From a plasmid: DNA of 42,981 nucleotides. The notes beneath the pieces are model-generated. The model saw nothing but the letters and a program-made list of their open reading frames with translations, was not told where the DNA came from and did no database searches. Where the stretch lies: sequence record NZ_CP024179.1. The stretch is one strand, 5' to 3'. Both the position numbers and the translations under genes were made by a program. Numbering within the stretch: position 1 is the stretch's first letter; each line of letters opens with the position of its first letter. Positions 10,020 through 19,300 of this stretch are shown one piece after another.

Positions 10020-10673
10020 ATGGGGATAGACGATTTAAACCATCAGCAGCAAATGAGTGGCTTGGCTAATAAACAACCCATCAGTCATTTGACCAAAGAT
10101 GAGCAGATTGCCGTCATCTTTGATCGGGTAGCTGCCTATAACCAAACACATGACACCAGCAAACCATTATTCTTTGATACCGAAACGACCGGAGGCGGCA
10201 GGGAAGACCAAATCATCGAAATTGCGTTTTGTGATAGTGATAGAAATCTGATTATCGATACGCTAATCTACACAGATAGACCTTCAAGTACAGGCGCATT
10301 TAAGGTGCATGGTATTTATCCTCATGAGCTGATAGGTAAACCTACCTTTATTGATATTCAACCCGCGATTGTACAATTGCTCAAAGGACGCACCTTGTAT
10401 GCCTATAACGCAAACTTTGATATTCGTATGATGGGACAATCTGGGCATAAACTTCGCTTGCAGCAAGCTGAAGTAAAATGCCTGTGTAAGCAGTTTGCTG
10501 ATTTTATCGGGCAATACTCACCGTATTTTAAAGCCAATCGCTATTTTAGCCTAAGCAAGGCTATGGCCCACTTTGGGGTAGAGCATAGCAATGCGCACCG
10601 AGCAGCAGCCGATGCGTTAGCCTGTGTTACGGTATGGCAGGGGATGGTGAAAAGTCATCATTGGGATTATTGA
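10020..10673 (+). CDS. DEDDh 3'-5' exonuclease (DnaQ/epsilon-like)
   Basis: It has Exo I FFDTETTG, Exo II YNANFDIRMM and Exo III HRAAADALA. It lies 6 bp after the SRAP gene, so the two are probably in one operon. Confidence 0.8.
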   Translation: MGIDDLNHQQQMSGLANKQPISHLTKDEQIAVIFDRVAAYNQTHDTSKPLFFDTETTGGGREDQIIEIAFCDSDRNLIIDTLIYTDRPSSTGAFKVHGIYPHELIGKPTFIDIQPAIVQLLKGRTLYAYNANFDIRMMGQSGHKLRLQQAEVKCLCKQFADFIGQYSPYFKANRYFSLSKAMAHFGVEHSNAHRAAADALACVTVWQGMVKSHHWDY

Positions 10674-10725
10674 ATGGCGTATGATACTGAAATACAGCTA
10701 TGTAGTAGGGAACAGAGCAACCTAA

Positions 10726-10965
10726 TTAATAGGGTTGCTCTTTTTTATTGTGCTGGGATTCGTCATCATCTACATACAAAATAATATCACCTGGTGCGCA
10801 ATCTAAATACTTACATAATTTATCAATGGCATCGATATCAATTTTTATCACATCATTGTTATACAAACGATAAAGGGTCGAACGACTTATATCCAAATCT
10901 CTATCAATATCGGCAACTTTAAGACCACGTTGTGCCAATAAAACAGGCAAATTTATCTTTATCAC
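10726..10965 (-). CDS. Small XRE/Cro-type HTH transcriptional regulator (HTH_26, YozG-like)
   Basis: The HTH reads LLAQRGLKVADIDRDLDISRSTLYRLYNN...LCKYLDCAPGDI. It is divergent from two small unknown ORFs. Confidence 0.75.
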   Translation of the reverse strand: MIKINLPVLLAQRGLKVADIDRDLDISRSTLYRLYNNDVIKIDIDAIDKLCKYLDCAPGDIILYVDDDESQHNKKEQPY

Positions 10966-10969
10966 AATA

Positions 10970-11070
10970 AAATCCCTAAAAATGAAAATAAATACTTGAT
11001 TTAGGAATAAAATAATATTAACATAGTTCCTAAATTAGGGAATAAATTTTATTTTTAGATATAAATTCCC
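10970..11070. promoter_or_regulatory. Divergent promoter/operator region with nested inverted repeats (TCCCTAA...TTAGGGA; TTTAGGAA...TTCCTAAA)
   Basis: atccctaaaaat ... tttaggaataaaataatattaacatagttcctaaattagggaataaa is a symmetric arrangement between the XRE gene and ORF 11141. Confidence 0.4.
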
Positions 11071-11140
11071 AATTTCAACTATTATCCCATACTTGAGATA
11101 ATTTTCCAATCGAACAACAAAAAATTCAAGGAGCACAAAA

Positions 11141-11425
11141 ATGCACCCGAACCCCGTCATCCAACACATCTATGACCAACTTGACCAAAGAAAGAACCGC
11201 CTACAGCAAATTAATAAGCTTACAAGCCAACTAATCAAAGAACAGCGGATACAACCAGGTAACAACCTTTACCTGTTTCTAGGACTCATCAAACGCTGCA
11301 ACAACACCCAAGCCATTCAAACATGGATTTCAGAAATATTAGACGACATAGACGTAAACGACGACCAAGAAAAATACCAACAGCTTGAACATAAATTTCT
11401 AAAACTTATGCCAGAAATAGCATAG
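11141..11425 (+). CDS. Hypothetical protein (94 aa), no recognisable domain
   Basis: A clean ORF preceded by aaggagca (SD-like). It is divergent from the XRE regulator. Confidence 0.5.
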   Translation: MHPNPVIQHIYDQLDQRKNRLQQINKLTSQLIKEQRIQPGNNLYLFLGLIKRCNNTQAIQTWISEILDDIDVNDDQEKYQQLEHKFLKLMPEIA

Positions 11426-11484
11426 AACAAGTCCCCTTAACAACCGCTAAAACCACAAGCCTAACCTAAAGAAAGGAAAATCAT

Positions 11485-11850
11485 ATGGACTACAAATACC
11501 TCGCAAAAAATCACATCAGTGAACAACAAACCATCATTGTGCGTGACTACTTTGAAACCCCACTAGAGACTCACGGCAATCATTTAGATCACATCACACA
11601 TATCTGTCAGTATTACAACATCAGTGCACCGTTACTTAGCGAAATGGTCAGCCATTTCAAAATCTATGACACCCAAACCCACTGTAGAGAGTGCAACATC
11701 ATGCGACAAATCTACGAACCAACCTATAACTATCAGAACCAGAAATTCAATTGGATATGCGATGACTGTCATCAATTCATTCAACAGCGATCCAATCGCA
11801 GTTTTTCATTGGCGCAATATTATAATGAAGACGATGACTGTCCCTTCTAA
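11485..11850 (+). CDS. Hypothetical protein (121 aa) with a CxxC-x20-CxxC zinc-ribbon and an His-rich segment
   Basis: CRECN...(20 aa)...CDDCH; HGNHLDHITH. SD aaaggaaa lies 7 nt upstream. Confidence 0.5.
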   Translation: MDYKYLAKNHISEQQTIIVRDYFETPLETHGNHLDHITHICQYYNISAPLLSEMVSHFKIYDTQTHCRECNIMRQIYEPTYNYQNQKFNWICDDCHQFIQQRSNRSFSLAQYYNEDDDCPF

Positions 11851-11912
11851 AATCTTATCCGCCCAAATCATTTTATGAATGCCATCATAAAAAACATAAA
11901 GATCCTGCTTAA

Positions 11913-11958
11913 AAAAGACAGCTAACGAAAATGAACTGGCTGTCTTTTTCAAAAGAAC
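11913..11958. terminator. Candidate bidirectional hairpin terminator (aaaaaagacagc ... gctgtcttttt)
   Basis: A 12-bp stem is flanked by A-run and T-run. The loop is long (~16 nt), so confidence is modest. Confidence 0.3.
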
Positions 11959-12289
11959 CATCTCAAAAATATTTAACCCACAACAGACCCACACTAAAGA
12001 TTCCACCAAAAAGATTGTACCGATCCAACCAAATTCACTAAAAATTTCTACTATCTTTAGCAAATCATACTCTCTTTCAAATAATTAAAAGAATAGGGGT
12101 GGATTTATCGAAAACAAATTTATCCTACATAGAAAGTCTCACAACTCATCAAAGAACTATCACCAACTCAGATACAGAACCGCATCAATTTCATGAGATG
12201 ACAACCAAAAATTAGTATGCTAACCTAATCAATATAAAGGTTCGGAAATCGACATAGCCAGCACATGCAGAGACACCAAATTTACTAAC

Positions 12290-12420
12290 GTAAATTGACT
12301 GTCTCTGCGTCCTGGCAAAGGGGGCTTGCCCCCTTTTGAAACCCCCAGCACCCATTTATCGCTTCACATAGTTGCGATTAAAATGGGTGCTTATTGGGGA
12401 GACCCCAAACCCCCTTTAAC
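12290..12420 (+). other. oriT: oriT-like region: GC-rich nested stem-loops upstream of mbeC/mbeA; possible ColE1-type nic motif CTGG|C at 12312-12316
   Basis: There is a hairpin aaaggggg-cttg-cccccttt (12319-12338). There is an 11-bp inverted repeat agcacccattt/aaatgggtgct enclosing atcgc...gcgat. This lies immediately 5' of the mob genes. Confidence 0.45.
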
Positions 12421-12458
12421 CAAAAATGGACTTCATAAAAAATAGATAGGCACTAAAA

Positions 12459-12977
12459 ATGGCACAACAATCAGCCGAAAAAAAGCAAAGCCAGGACAAA
12501 GTATCGGTAAAAAAATCATCAAAAAAACTACGAGATAAGCGGCTTAACATTCGCTTTAGTGACGAAGAATTTTCTATGCTCGAAGCCAAAGCTGAAGGGA
12601 TAAGTTTGGCTCGCTATGCTCGTGCAATTTTAACTAAGGGAAAGGTGACAAGACGTGAACGGGATTTTCCGACGATTGACCCAAGACTATTACAACAACT
12701 GCACGCTATGGGTAAAAATTTAAATCAACTCGTCCGTTATACCCATGAGCAAGCCAATGCCAAACGTCCGATTGATACCCTAAATTTAGCACTAGCCATT
12801 GATAATATGGCTGAACAATTGGCTAGGTTAAAAGCTCAGTACCAAGTGCCAGAAAATTATTTTAGGGCAGTTGAAGATGAGGATGTTGCGACTGAAGCAA
12901 ATGACTCTGCCACGGATAACCCAATAGAAAGTTCACCCATAAACAATGGCAATCTAAATAATCATGTGATTGGATGA
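12459..12977 (+). CDS. mbeC: MobC/MbeC-family relaxosome accessory protein
   Basis: RLNIRFSDEEFSMLEAKAEGISLARYARAILTKG matches the MobC (PF05713) motif. It overlaps the relaxase start. Confidence 0.8.
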   Translation: MAQQSAEKKQSQDKVSVKKSSKKLRDKRLNIRFSDEEFSMLEAKAEGISLARYARAILTKGKVTRRERDFPTIDPRLLQQLHAMGKNLNQLVRYTHEQANAKRPIDTLNLALAIDNMAEQLARLKAQYQVPENYFRAVEDEDVATEANDSATDNPIESSPINNGNLNNHVIG

Positions 12978-13992
12978 TGAAATGCTGCTAAAGTTTTTCA
13001 AGCGAGGGGGCACCGATGATGATAGACGCACCTTAGGTGGCAGTGCCGTTAAAAATTATCTACTGGGTACCAACGATCAACCTCGTAAAAAAGCGCGTTT
13101 ACTATTGGGTGATGCTGATGAAGTCACTGAGATTATTAATGGCTTGCCATTTGCCAAAGTTTATACCTCAGGCTGTCTAAGCTTTCATGAAGATGACAAA
13201 CTCGCCGAAGCTCAAAAGTTTGACATCATGGCCGACTTTGAAGCCATGATGTTTGTTGGTCTTGAACCGCATCAATACACCAGTTATTGGGTTGAACATA
13301 CCGATAAAGGTCGGGTCGAGCTTAACTTTGTCTTTCCGAATGTCGAGTTGGTATCGGGCAATCATCTACAAGTCTATTATCACAATCGTGATTTGAACCT
13401 TGTTAATAGCTGGAAAAATTTGACCAATGATAAGTATGGTTTTATCAATCCTTCTGATTTAGAAAACCGTCGGGATGTGACTCCCAGTATTGGTCCAAAT
13501 CTGTTGAAAGACTGGGATCAGTCGAATAAGCAAAAAATTATCGATAAGCTCAAACACTACCAAAGCATTGAGGATTTTAAACAACAACTCACCGATGTGG
13601 TACTAACTCAAGCGGCATTGCGACAACAAACCGATGAGCCTTTAACCTGTCAAGATGACGTTGCAAAATTGCTTGAAGACTTTGGTTTCGAAATCTCTCG
13701 CAGAGGCAAAGACAGTATCAGTATTAAAAACCCTGATCCCACGAAAAAAAATATTAAACTAAAAGGTGTGATTTATGAGCGAGACGCCACCGAATCCGTT
13801 ATTCGATATGTTGCAGAACGCAAAGGCGCAGACCCAGCAGCAAATCAAATCTCAGCAGATGACCGAGCAAAACAGCTTAGACAAGCAGCAGCAACTTTTT
13901 CAAGCGAGCTTGAAAAACGTCGAGAACGACATTATGGGGTCAGCACAGAATTCGGACCATATAGGGCGGTAAGGAATTTTGTCGAGTTTTAA
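12970..13992 (+). CDS. mbeA: ColE1 MbeA-like (MOB_HEN/MOBP5) relaxase, truncated at the 3' end by the Tn3-family insertion; the last ~19 codons are encoded by the transposon IR
   Basis: The N-terminus MLLKFFKRGGTDDDRRTLGGSAVKNYLLG...LPFAKVYTSGCLSFHEDD resembles MbeA (MIVKFH.RG.GGG.G.VDYLLG...FAKKYTSGVLSF). The ORF reads into the IR at 13936 (GVSTEFGPYRAVRNFVEF). Confidence 0.75.
   Translation: MDDEMLLKFFKRGGTDDDRRTLGGSAVKNYLLGTNDQPRKKARLLLGDADEVTEIINGLPFAKVYTSGCLSFHEDDKLAEAQKFDIMADFEAMMFVGLEPHQYTSYWVEHTDKGRVELNFVFPNVELVSGNHLQVYYHNRDLNLVNSWKNLTNDKYGFINPSDLENRRDVTPSIGPNLLKDWDQSNKQKIIDKLKHYQSIEDFKQQLTDVVLTQAALRQQTDEPLTCQDDVAKLLEDFGFEISRRGKDSISIKNPDPTKKNIKLKGVIYERDATESVIRYVAERKGADPAANQISADDRAKQLRQAAATFSSELEKRRERHYGVSTEFGPYRAVRNFVEF
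13775..13972 (+). CDS. Possible overlapping mob accessory ORF within mbeA (MbeB/MbeD-like arrangement), also truncated by the transposon
   Basis: A 65-aa ORF sits in an alternative frame inside the relaxase gene, as in ColE1 mbeB/mbeD. It has no recognisable motif and is Q-rich. Confidence 0.2.
   Translation: MSETPPNPLFDMLQNAKAQTQQQIKSQQMTEQNSLDKQQQLFQASLKNVENDIMGSAQNSDHIGR
13936..13973 (+). repeat. Tn3-family 38-bp terminal inverted repeat (left)
   Basis: This is the GGGG-initiated IR; its exact reverse complement is at 17879..17916. Confidence 0.9.
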
Positions 13993-14049
13993 TTCATTTT
14001 AAAACAATCACTTATCCAGATGCAATACTGTAAAGCTAGATTAAGCACG

Positions 14050-17007
14050 CTAAAGCCGTCTTAGTGGTCTAAACTTCCCATTTCCGATTCTCGCATTACT
14101 TTTCCAAAGGTAATCACCTGTCAAATTGATATGCTCCCAACCTAGGGGTGACAAGTACTGAAGATGGTCAGTATTAATTTCTTGTCCTTGCTCTCGCAAC
14201 GCATTTACTGCCCGCTCAATATACACCGTATTCCACAGCACAATCGCTGCTGTCAGCAGATTTAAGCCACTGGCTCGATAACGTTGCTGCTCAAAGCCAC
14301 GGTCACGAATCTCTCCTAAGCGATTAAAGAACACCACACGGGCTAACGCATTACGGGCTTCACCTTTATTTAACCCTGCTTGTACCCGCCGACGCAGTTC
14401 CTTGCTTTGTAGCCATTGTAAAATAAACAGCGTGCGTTCAATCCGTCCGACTTCTCGTAATGCCAATGCCAAACTATTTTGCCTTGGATAGCTACCCAGT
14501 TTTTTAATCAATAATGAAGCAGTGGCTGTCCCTTGTTTAATGGATGTGGCTAACCGCAAGACATCCGACCAATTGTCTTCAATCACCTTGGTGTTGATTG
14601 TACCACCAATCAAAGGTTTGAGTGCTTGATAAGGATTATGACCTTTTGGGATAAATAGCTTGGTTTCACCCAAATCTTTAATACGAGGGGCAAACTTAAA
14701 TCCAAGTAAGTGCATCAAGGCAAACACATGGTCGGTAAAGCCTGCTGTGTCGGTATAATGCTCTTCAACTTTTAAATCTGATTCATGATACAGCAAGCCA
14801 TCTAGCACATAGGTCGATTCTCGAATACCCACGTTAATCAATTTGCTATGAAATGGGCTATATTGGTCAGAAACATGGGTATAAATTAACCGCCCAGGCT
14901 CTGAACCGTACTTTGGATTGATGTGTCCTGTACTCTCGGCTCTACCACCTGCTTTAAAGCGTTGCCCATCTGAAGATGAGGTTGTGCCATCGCCCCAATG
15001 TCTAGCAAAATCGTTGGTAAATTGGGTATTGGTTAATACACCCAGTGCTGACGCATAGGTTTCATCTCGGATATGCCAAGCTTGCAATCGGGTCAATTTT
15101 GAGTAAGTTGTGCCAGGGCAGGACTCTGCCATCTTCCTAAGCCCTAGGTTAATCCCATCACTTAAAATGGTGGTAAGTAGCAAGTGCTTGTCTTTGGTAG
15201 TCTCATCGGTTTTCAGATGGGTAAATTCATCGCTAAAGCCCGTCCAATCATCGACTTCAAGTAGTAATTCGGTTATTTTGATGTGGGGTAGCATACTGGC
15301 GACTTGCGTAATCAAGGCTTGGGCTGATTCAGGCATTACCGCATCAAGTGGGGTAATTTTTAGTCCTGTAGTCGCTGTAATAGTGGCTTCGGGTAATTTA
15401 TCCGCTTTGGCAAGCTTATTGGTTTGTTTAAGCTCAGTACCTAGCAAGTTTAAACGGCTTTGCAAATAGGTTTGGCAGTCCGCATCAACGGCAATTGGCA
15501 ATGCTTGGGTTTGTATAAGGGATTGGAAGCTGTCTTTAGGTAGCAAGTACTCGTCAAAGGCTTTAAATTGTCGTGAGCCTTGCACCCAAATATCGCCTGA
15601 GCGTAGGGCGTTTTTAAGTTCTGATAGTACGCACAGCTCGTAGTATTTCATATCGATGCCATCATCGGTATAGATAAGCTTATGCCAGCGTGGTTTGATA
15701 AACTGCGTTGGCGGATTGTCAGGCAGTTTACGAGCATTATTTTGGTACATTTCACGCAATACATTGATGGCTTGTAATAGGCTATCTGTGCCACTGGTTG
15801 CATAAAATGGCAGTATTTCTAGCATGGCAGGGGCATACAGACGGACGGTTCTATAGCTGTTATTGATTCGGGGTAAGAAGTCAAAGTCAGGTTGTACGAG
15901 ATTTTCAACTTCAGTAACACTCTGAGCTAGGGTTTCCCATGATATTGCCTGTTCAATCGCCTCCGATAGGTCAAGCTGATTATCCTTGGCTTCAAGCAAC
16001 GCTCGCCCCATGTTCCGAAATAGATACAACATTTCGTTGATGGACTTGCCCGAGTCATGAAATGCCTGTCGATGTTTGTTTCTAGCTTGGTTAAAGATTC
16101 TACCAATGATACGGTTATGCAGTTCGATGATTTCATCAATGATGGTGGCTTTACTCTCGACAACAATTGCAACCAAAGTTGCATAGCGACGATTCGGCTC
16201 AAATTTGGCAAGGTCGGTGGCTTGCATTTGACCGCCTTCACGGGCGATTTTCAAAAGGCGGTTTTGGTGAATCCGCCGTTCGATACCGTAAGGCAAGTCA
16301 AAGGATAGGCAGTATTGTAGCCTATCGATATGAGCATTCATATGACGAGAGTTAGGCTTTAATGGCGATTGGCTTAACCATGCAAGGTGGGTGAGCTTTG
16401 TGCCATCTTTGAGACAGAGTAATTCGTCAAGTTTTGCTAAATGTGTTTGGGTTAAGTCGGCAGTGAGCCGTTCATAGATGATTTTGTTGGCACGGGTGAT
16501 AGCTTCAGCACAGATTTTTTCAATAACAAGTGGCGTTGGTAGTAGGATATGAGTATTTCGTAAATGGCTAATCAGTTGCTGGGCTAAAACAATACCTCTA
16601 TCAGTTTCGACCGCAAGTTGGCTGATGTATTCTACATATCCAGCGTAATTGTTGCGTGAAAAGGTTTGATAGCCAAACAGTTGCTGTAATTCTAGCAAGT
16701 GCTCTCGGCGGGTTTTTTCTCGAAAGCCATAGTCTTCCCAGCTTTGGGGAGAAACTTTAAGCTGTTTGGCAATAAATTTGAGTAGATAGGGGTCAGGTAT
16801 TTCTTTCACGCCTAGGATAATACCTGGATACCGCATATAACAAAGCTGGATGGCAAATCCTAATCGATTGGTATCGCCTCGTTTTTGTTTAATCAGCGAT
16901 AGGTCGGTTTCGCTTAAACTGTAGTGACGAATAAAATCAGTTTGGTTGTCAGGCAATGCCACTAACGACTGCCTTTCTTGGGCAGTTAAAATAGAGCGAC
17001 GAGCCAT
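14050..17007 (-). CDS. tnpA: Tn3-family DDE transposase
   Basis: It is 985 aa. The N-terminus [44 protein letters not shown] is typical of TnpA(Tn3). The C-terminus abuts the left IR. Confidence 0.95.
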   Translation of the reverse strand: MARRSILTAQERQSLVALPDNQTDFIRHYSLSETDLSLIKQKRGDTNRLGFAIQLCYMRYPGIILGVKEIPDPYLLKFIAKQLKVSPQSWEDYGFREKTRREHLLELQQLFGYQTFSRNNYAGYVEYISQLAVETDRGIVLAQQLISHLRNTHILLPTPLVIEKICAEAITRANKIIYERLTADLTQTHLAKLDELLCLKDGTKLTHLAWLSQSPLKPNSRHMNAHIDRLQYCLSFDLPYGIERRIHQNRLLKIAREGGQMQATDLAKFEPNRRYATLVAIVVESKATIIDEIIELHNRIIGRIFNQARNKHRQAFHDSGKSINEMLYLFRNMGRALLEAKDNQLDLSEAIEQAISWETLAQSVTEVENLVQPDFDFLPRINNSYRTVRLYAPAMLEILPFYATSGTDSLLQAINVLREMYQNNARKLPDNPPTQFIKPRWHKLIYTDDGIDMKYYELCVLSELKNALRSGDIWVQGSRQFKAFDEYLLPKDSFQSLIQTQALPIAVDADCQTYLQSRLNLLGTELKQTNKLAKADKLPEATITATTGLKITPLDAVMPESAQALITQVASMLPHIKITELLLEVDDWTGFSDEFTHLKTDETTKDKHLLLTTILSDGINLGLRKMAESCPGTTYSKLTRLQAWHIRDETYASALGVLTNTQFTNDFARHWGDGTTSSSDGQRFKAGGRAESTGHINPKYGSEPGRLIYTHVSDQYSPFHSKLINVGIRESTYVLDGLLYHESDLKVEEHYTDTAGFTDHVFALMHLLGFKFAPRIKDLGETKLFIPKGHNPYQALKPLIGGTINTKVIEDNWSDVLRLATSIKQGTATASLLIKKLGSYPRQNSLALALREVGRIERTLFILQWLQSKELRRRVQAGLNKGEARNALARVVFFNRLGEIRDRGFEQQRYRASGLNLLTAAIVLWNTVYIERAVNALREQGQEINTDHLQYLSPLGWEHINLTGDYLWKSNARIGNGKFRPLRRL

Positions 17008-17070
17008 GGGATTCCTTATTGGTAAAGGTGGCTAGTTAAAAAATGGTGAGCTGAGAATGAATGAAAATCG

Positions 17071-17682
17071 TTAAGGGCTGGTAATGCCAAGCAGTTGTCT
17101 GCCCAGCTGCTTGAGTTCGCCTTTGCCTGTGACATATTGATACAGCGTGCTCACAGCCATATCATCAAGTTCTTTGCAGATATCGGGAATACTACGGGTT
17201 TGGTCGCTCATCAGATGCTGGGCATAACGCAATTTCTCGGCGGTCATCACTCGGGGTCTTCCGCCTTTTCGTCCACGAGCTCTGGCAGCAGCGAGTCCTT
17301 CTTGTACCCGCTGGCGAATGATATTGCGTTCCATTTCAGCAAACGCCGCTTGGATTTGTAAGAAGGCTCTCCCTGTTGGGGTGGTGGTATCCATAGGGGA
17401 GTTGATAGCTTTAAAGCCAATGTCTTTACTGGCTAAATCATCAATCAAGATAATCAGGTCTTTGGCTAATCGCCCCAGTCTATCCAAATCCAGCACGACT
17501 AGCACATCATCAGGTCGTAGGTAAGCCAAGCATTCAGCAAGCCCTGGTCGTTCTGTGTTGCTCCCTGATGCCTTGTCAGTAAAAATCTTCTGACAGCCAA
17601 TCTCGTTTAACGCATCCAGTTGACGGTCAAGCAATTGTTTATCTTCTGCGGTTGAAACTCGGGCATAGCCTATCAAGCTCAT
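17071..17682 (-). CDS. tnpR: Serine recombinase (Tn3-family resolvase TnpR)
   Basis: It has MSLIGYARVSTAEDKQ (catalytic Ser10) and a C-terminal HTH. It is co-directional with and upstream of tnpA. Confidence 0.9.
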   Translation of the reverse strand: MSLIGYARVSTAEDKQLLDRQLDALNEIGCQKIFTDKASGSNTERPGLAECLAYLRPDDVLVVLDLDRLGRLAKDLIILIDDLASKDIGFKAINSPMDTTTPTGRAFLQIQAAFAEMERNIIRQRVQEGLAAARARGRKGGRPRVMTAEKLRYAQHLMSDQTRSIPDICKELDDMAVSTLYQYVTGKGELKQLGRQLLGITSP

Positions 17683-17878
17683 GGTGAAATCCTACATCAA
17701 ACCTAGTTTTTAACATTTCATCATAACTTGATTATATTGGTTTTAATAGATAGCAAAAAGCTGATAAACAGGCAGAAATTTTGGGCATTAAAAAACCTAT
17801 GGCAAACATGTGTTTTCCATAGGTCGTTCCAATGATGAGTTTTACCTATCACAGTAATTTAAATACTAAACAAATGTA
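17683..17878. promoter_or_regulatory. res: Putative res site region, with a 28-bp imperfect palindrome CCTATGGCAAACATGTGTTTTCCATAGG at 17796..17823
   Basis: It is located between the tnpR start and the right IR, the expected res position for a res-tnpR-tnpA arrangement. The palindrome arms match 11/13. Confidence 0.45.
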
Positions 17879-17916
17879 CTTACCGCCCTATATGGTCCGA
17901 ATTCTGTGCTGACCCC
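17879..17916 (-). repeat. Tn3-family 38-bp terminal inverted repeat (right)
   Basis: It is the exact reverse complement of 13936..13973. Confidence 0.9.
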
Positions 17917-17954
17917 TTAAAGTAAAAACTTGGGCTAGCCGATATCATAGGCGA

Positions 17955-18260
17955 CTAATGCGTTTCTGCCAAATCAGTCAACATGGCCTGTCTTAAAATA
18001 GCATTTATCCGAGTTTGATAACCCTTGCCTTGAGATTTGAGCCACAGTAATACATCGCTATCCAAACGCACCGTAGCGATTTGTTTGGTTGGCTTATACA
18101 GCGGATTGCTAACAGCGTTTGCCCAAAAATCATCCTTTAATGGTGGGATATCAGAATAGTCAATCTCTGCCTCATTTAGTTTAGCAAGACGAGCCTTTGC
18201 TTCTTTGCTTAATTTAGGCGGATTGGTTAAATCAATACTTCGAGTAACGATTTTGCTCAT
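17955..18260 (-). CDS. brnA: BrnA-family antitoxin (type II TA)
   Basis: MSKIVTRSIDLTNPPKL...DYSDIPPLKDDFWANA...TVRLDSDVLLWLKSQGKGYQTRINAILRQAM matches BrnA. The start is at the internal Met of the ORF-track ORF, and the ATG overlaps the brnT stop. Confidence 0.8.
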   Translation of the reverse strand: MSKIVTRSIDLTNPPKLSKEAKARLAKLNEAEIDYSDIPPLKDDFWANAVSNPLYKPTKQIATVRLDSDVLLWLKSQGKGYQTRINAILRQAMLTDLAETH

Positions 18261-18528
18261 AACGTTTCCTTTCCTTCTTATCTGCAGGACGGGCTGAGAT
18301 AATACGGATATACTCCTCACCGTCCTTATCATGCCAAGTATGGGAAACCAAGATAACAGCAATGCCTTCAATTTCTCCAATACTCTGCCATCGCATCTCA
18401 CCATTCTCGATTCAATCTTGGCTCATCAAAAGAAACGGGTCAGCAAATACGAGCATGGCTTCATCGAAACTAATGCCATGTTTTTCAAGATTACTGGCAG
18501 CCTTGTTCTCATCCCAACAGAAATTCAT
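18231..18528 (-). pseudogene. brnT: BrnT-family toxin gene with a single in-frame TGA (18412..18414), otherwise full length
   Basis: MNFCWDENKAASNLEKHGISFDEAMLVFADPFLLMSQD*IENGEMRWQSIGEIEGIAVILVSHTWHDKDGEEYIRIISARPADKKERKRYE aligns to BrnT (including IRIISAR) in one frame, with TGA where Arg/Asp is expected. Confidence 0.7.
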
Positions 18529-18634
18529 TTAAGCCTACTTTAAATCAATCTATTTAGTATTGTAAATACATTTTTGTAAAAAATAACAATAAGATCCCCA
18601 GTCGTCAAGATAACTTGCTCATGCTTACTGATAA

Positions 18635-19240
18635 TTATTCATGTGCTAACAAATCTAACCCTGCCTTTTTAAGCTCTCCTTTCGCCGTCACATAGTGGTA
18701 CAGCGTACTGCTGGGAATATCACCCAGCTCCCTGCAAATCGCAGGAATACTTTTGGTTTGGTCTTGCATCAGATGCTGAGCATAACGAAGTTTCTCAGCC
18801 GTCATAATTCTAGGTCTGCCGCCTTTACGCCCCCGAGCCCTAGCAGCCGCAATCCCCTCTTTCACCCGTTGACGAATGATATTACGCTCCATCTCGGCAA
18901 ACGCCGCTTGAATTTGTAAAAACGCCCGACCTGCAGGGGTTGTGGTATCCATCGGTGAATTGATGGCTTTAAAGCCAATGTCTTTTTCAGCGAGTTCATC
19001 AATCAACTTTATAAGATCACTGGCTAATCGCCCTAACCTATCCAAATCCAAAACAACAAGCACATCCCCTTTTCGCAAATAGTTGAGACAATCATCCAAT
19101 CCTTTACGTTGGGAATTACTGCCTGATGCCTTGTCTTCAAAAATTCGTTCACAGCCAATTTCTTTTAACGCATCAACTTGACGATCGAGTAACTGCTTCC
19201 CTTCAGAAGTTGACACTCGGGCATAACCAATTAAACTCAT
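18635..19240 (-). CDS. Serine recombinase (resolvase/invertase family), intact paralog
   Basis: MSLIGYARVSTSEGKQLLDRQ...VLVVLDLDRLGRL. It is ~75% aa identical to TnpR at 17071 and ~95% aa identical to the disrupted copy at 42215. Confidence 0.9.
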   Translation of the reverse strand: MSLIGYARVSTSEGKQLLDRQVDALKEIGCERIFEDKASGSNSQRKGLDDCLNYLRKGDVLVVLDLDRLGRLASDLIKLIDELAEKDIGFKAINSPMDTTTPAGRAFLQIQAAFAEMERNIIRQRVKEGIAAARARGRKGGRPRIMTAEKLRYAQHLMQDQTKSIPAICRELGDIPSSTLYHYVTAKGELKKAGLDLLAHE

Positions 19241-19300
19241 GGTAAAATTCTCACGATAAAAGATAATTACCCAATCTTATCATATTTAGATAACTATGGC

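Larger units (their letters stand above)
13936..17916. mobile_element. Minimal Tn3-family transposon (3981 bp): IR - tnpA - tnpR - res - IR, with no passenger genes
   Basis: There are perfect 38-bp terminal inverted repeats GGGGTCAGCACAGAATTCGGACCATATAGGGCGGTAAG at 13936..13973 and 17879..17916. The element encodes a 985-aa Tn3 transposase and a serine resolvase. Flanking pentamers (attat / ttaaa) are not a target-site duplication. Confidence 0.9.

Noticed and set aside
18331-18543. 70-aa plus-strand ORF.
   Set aside because: It lies antisense to and entirely within the brnT pseudogene, and has no independent support.
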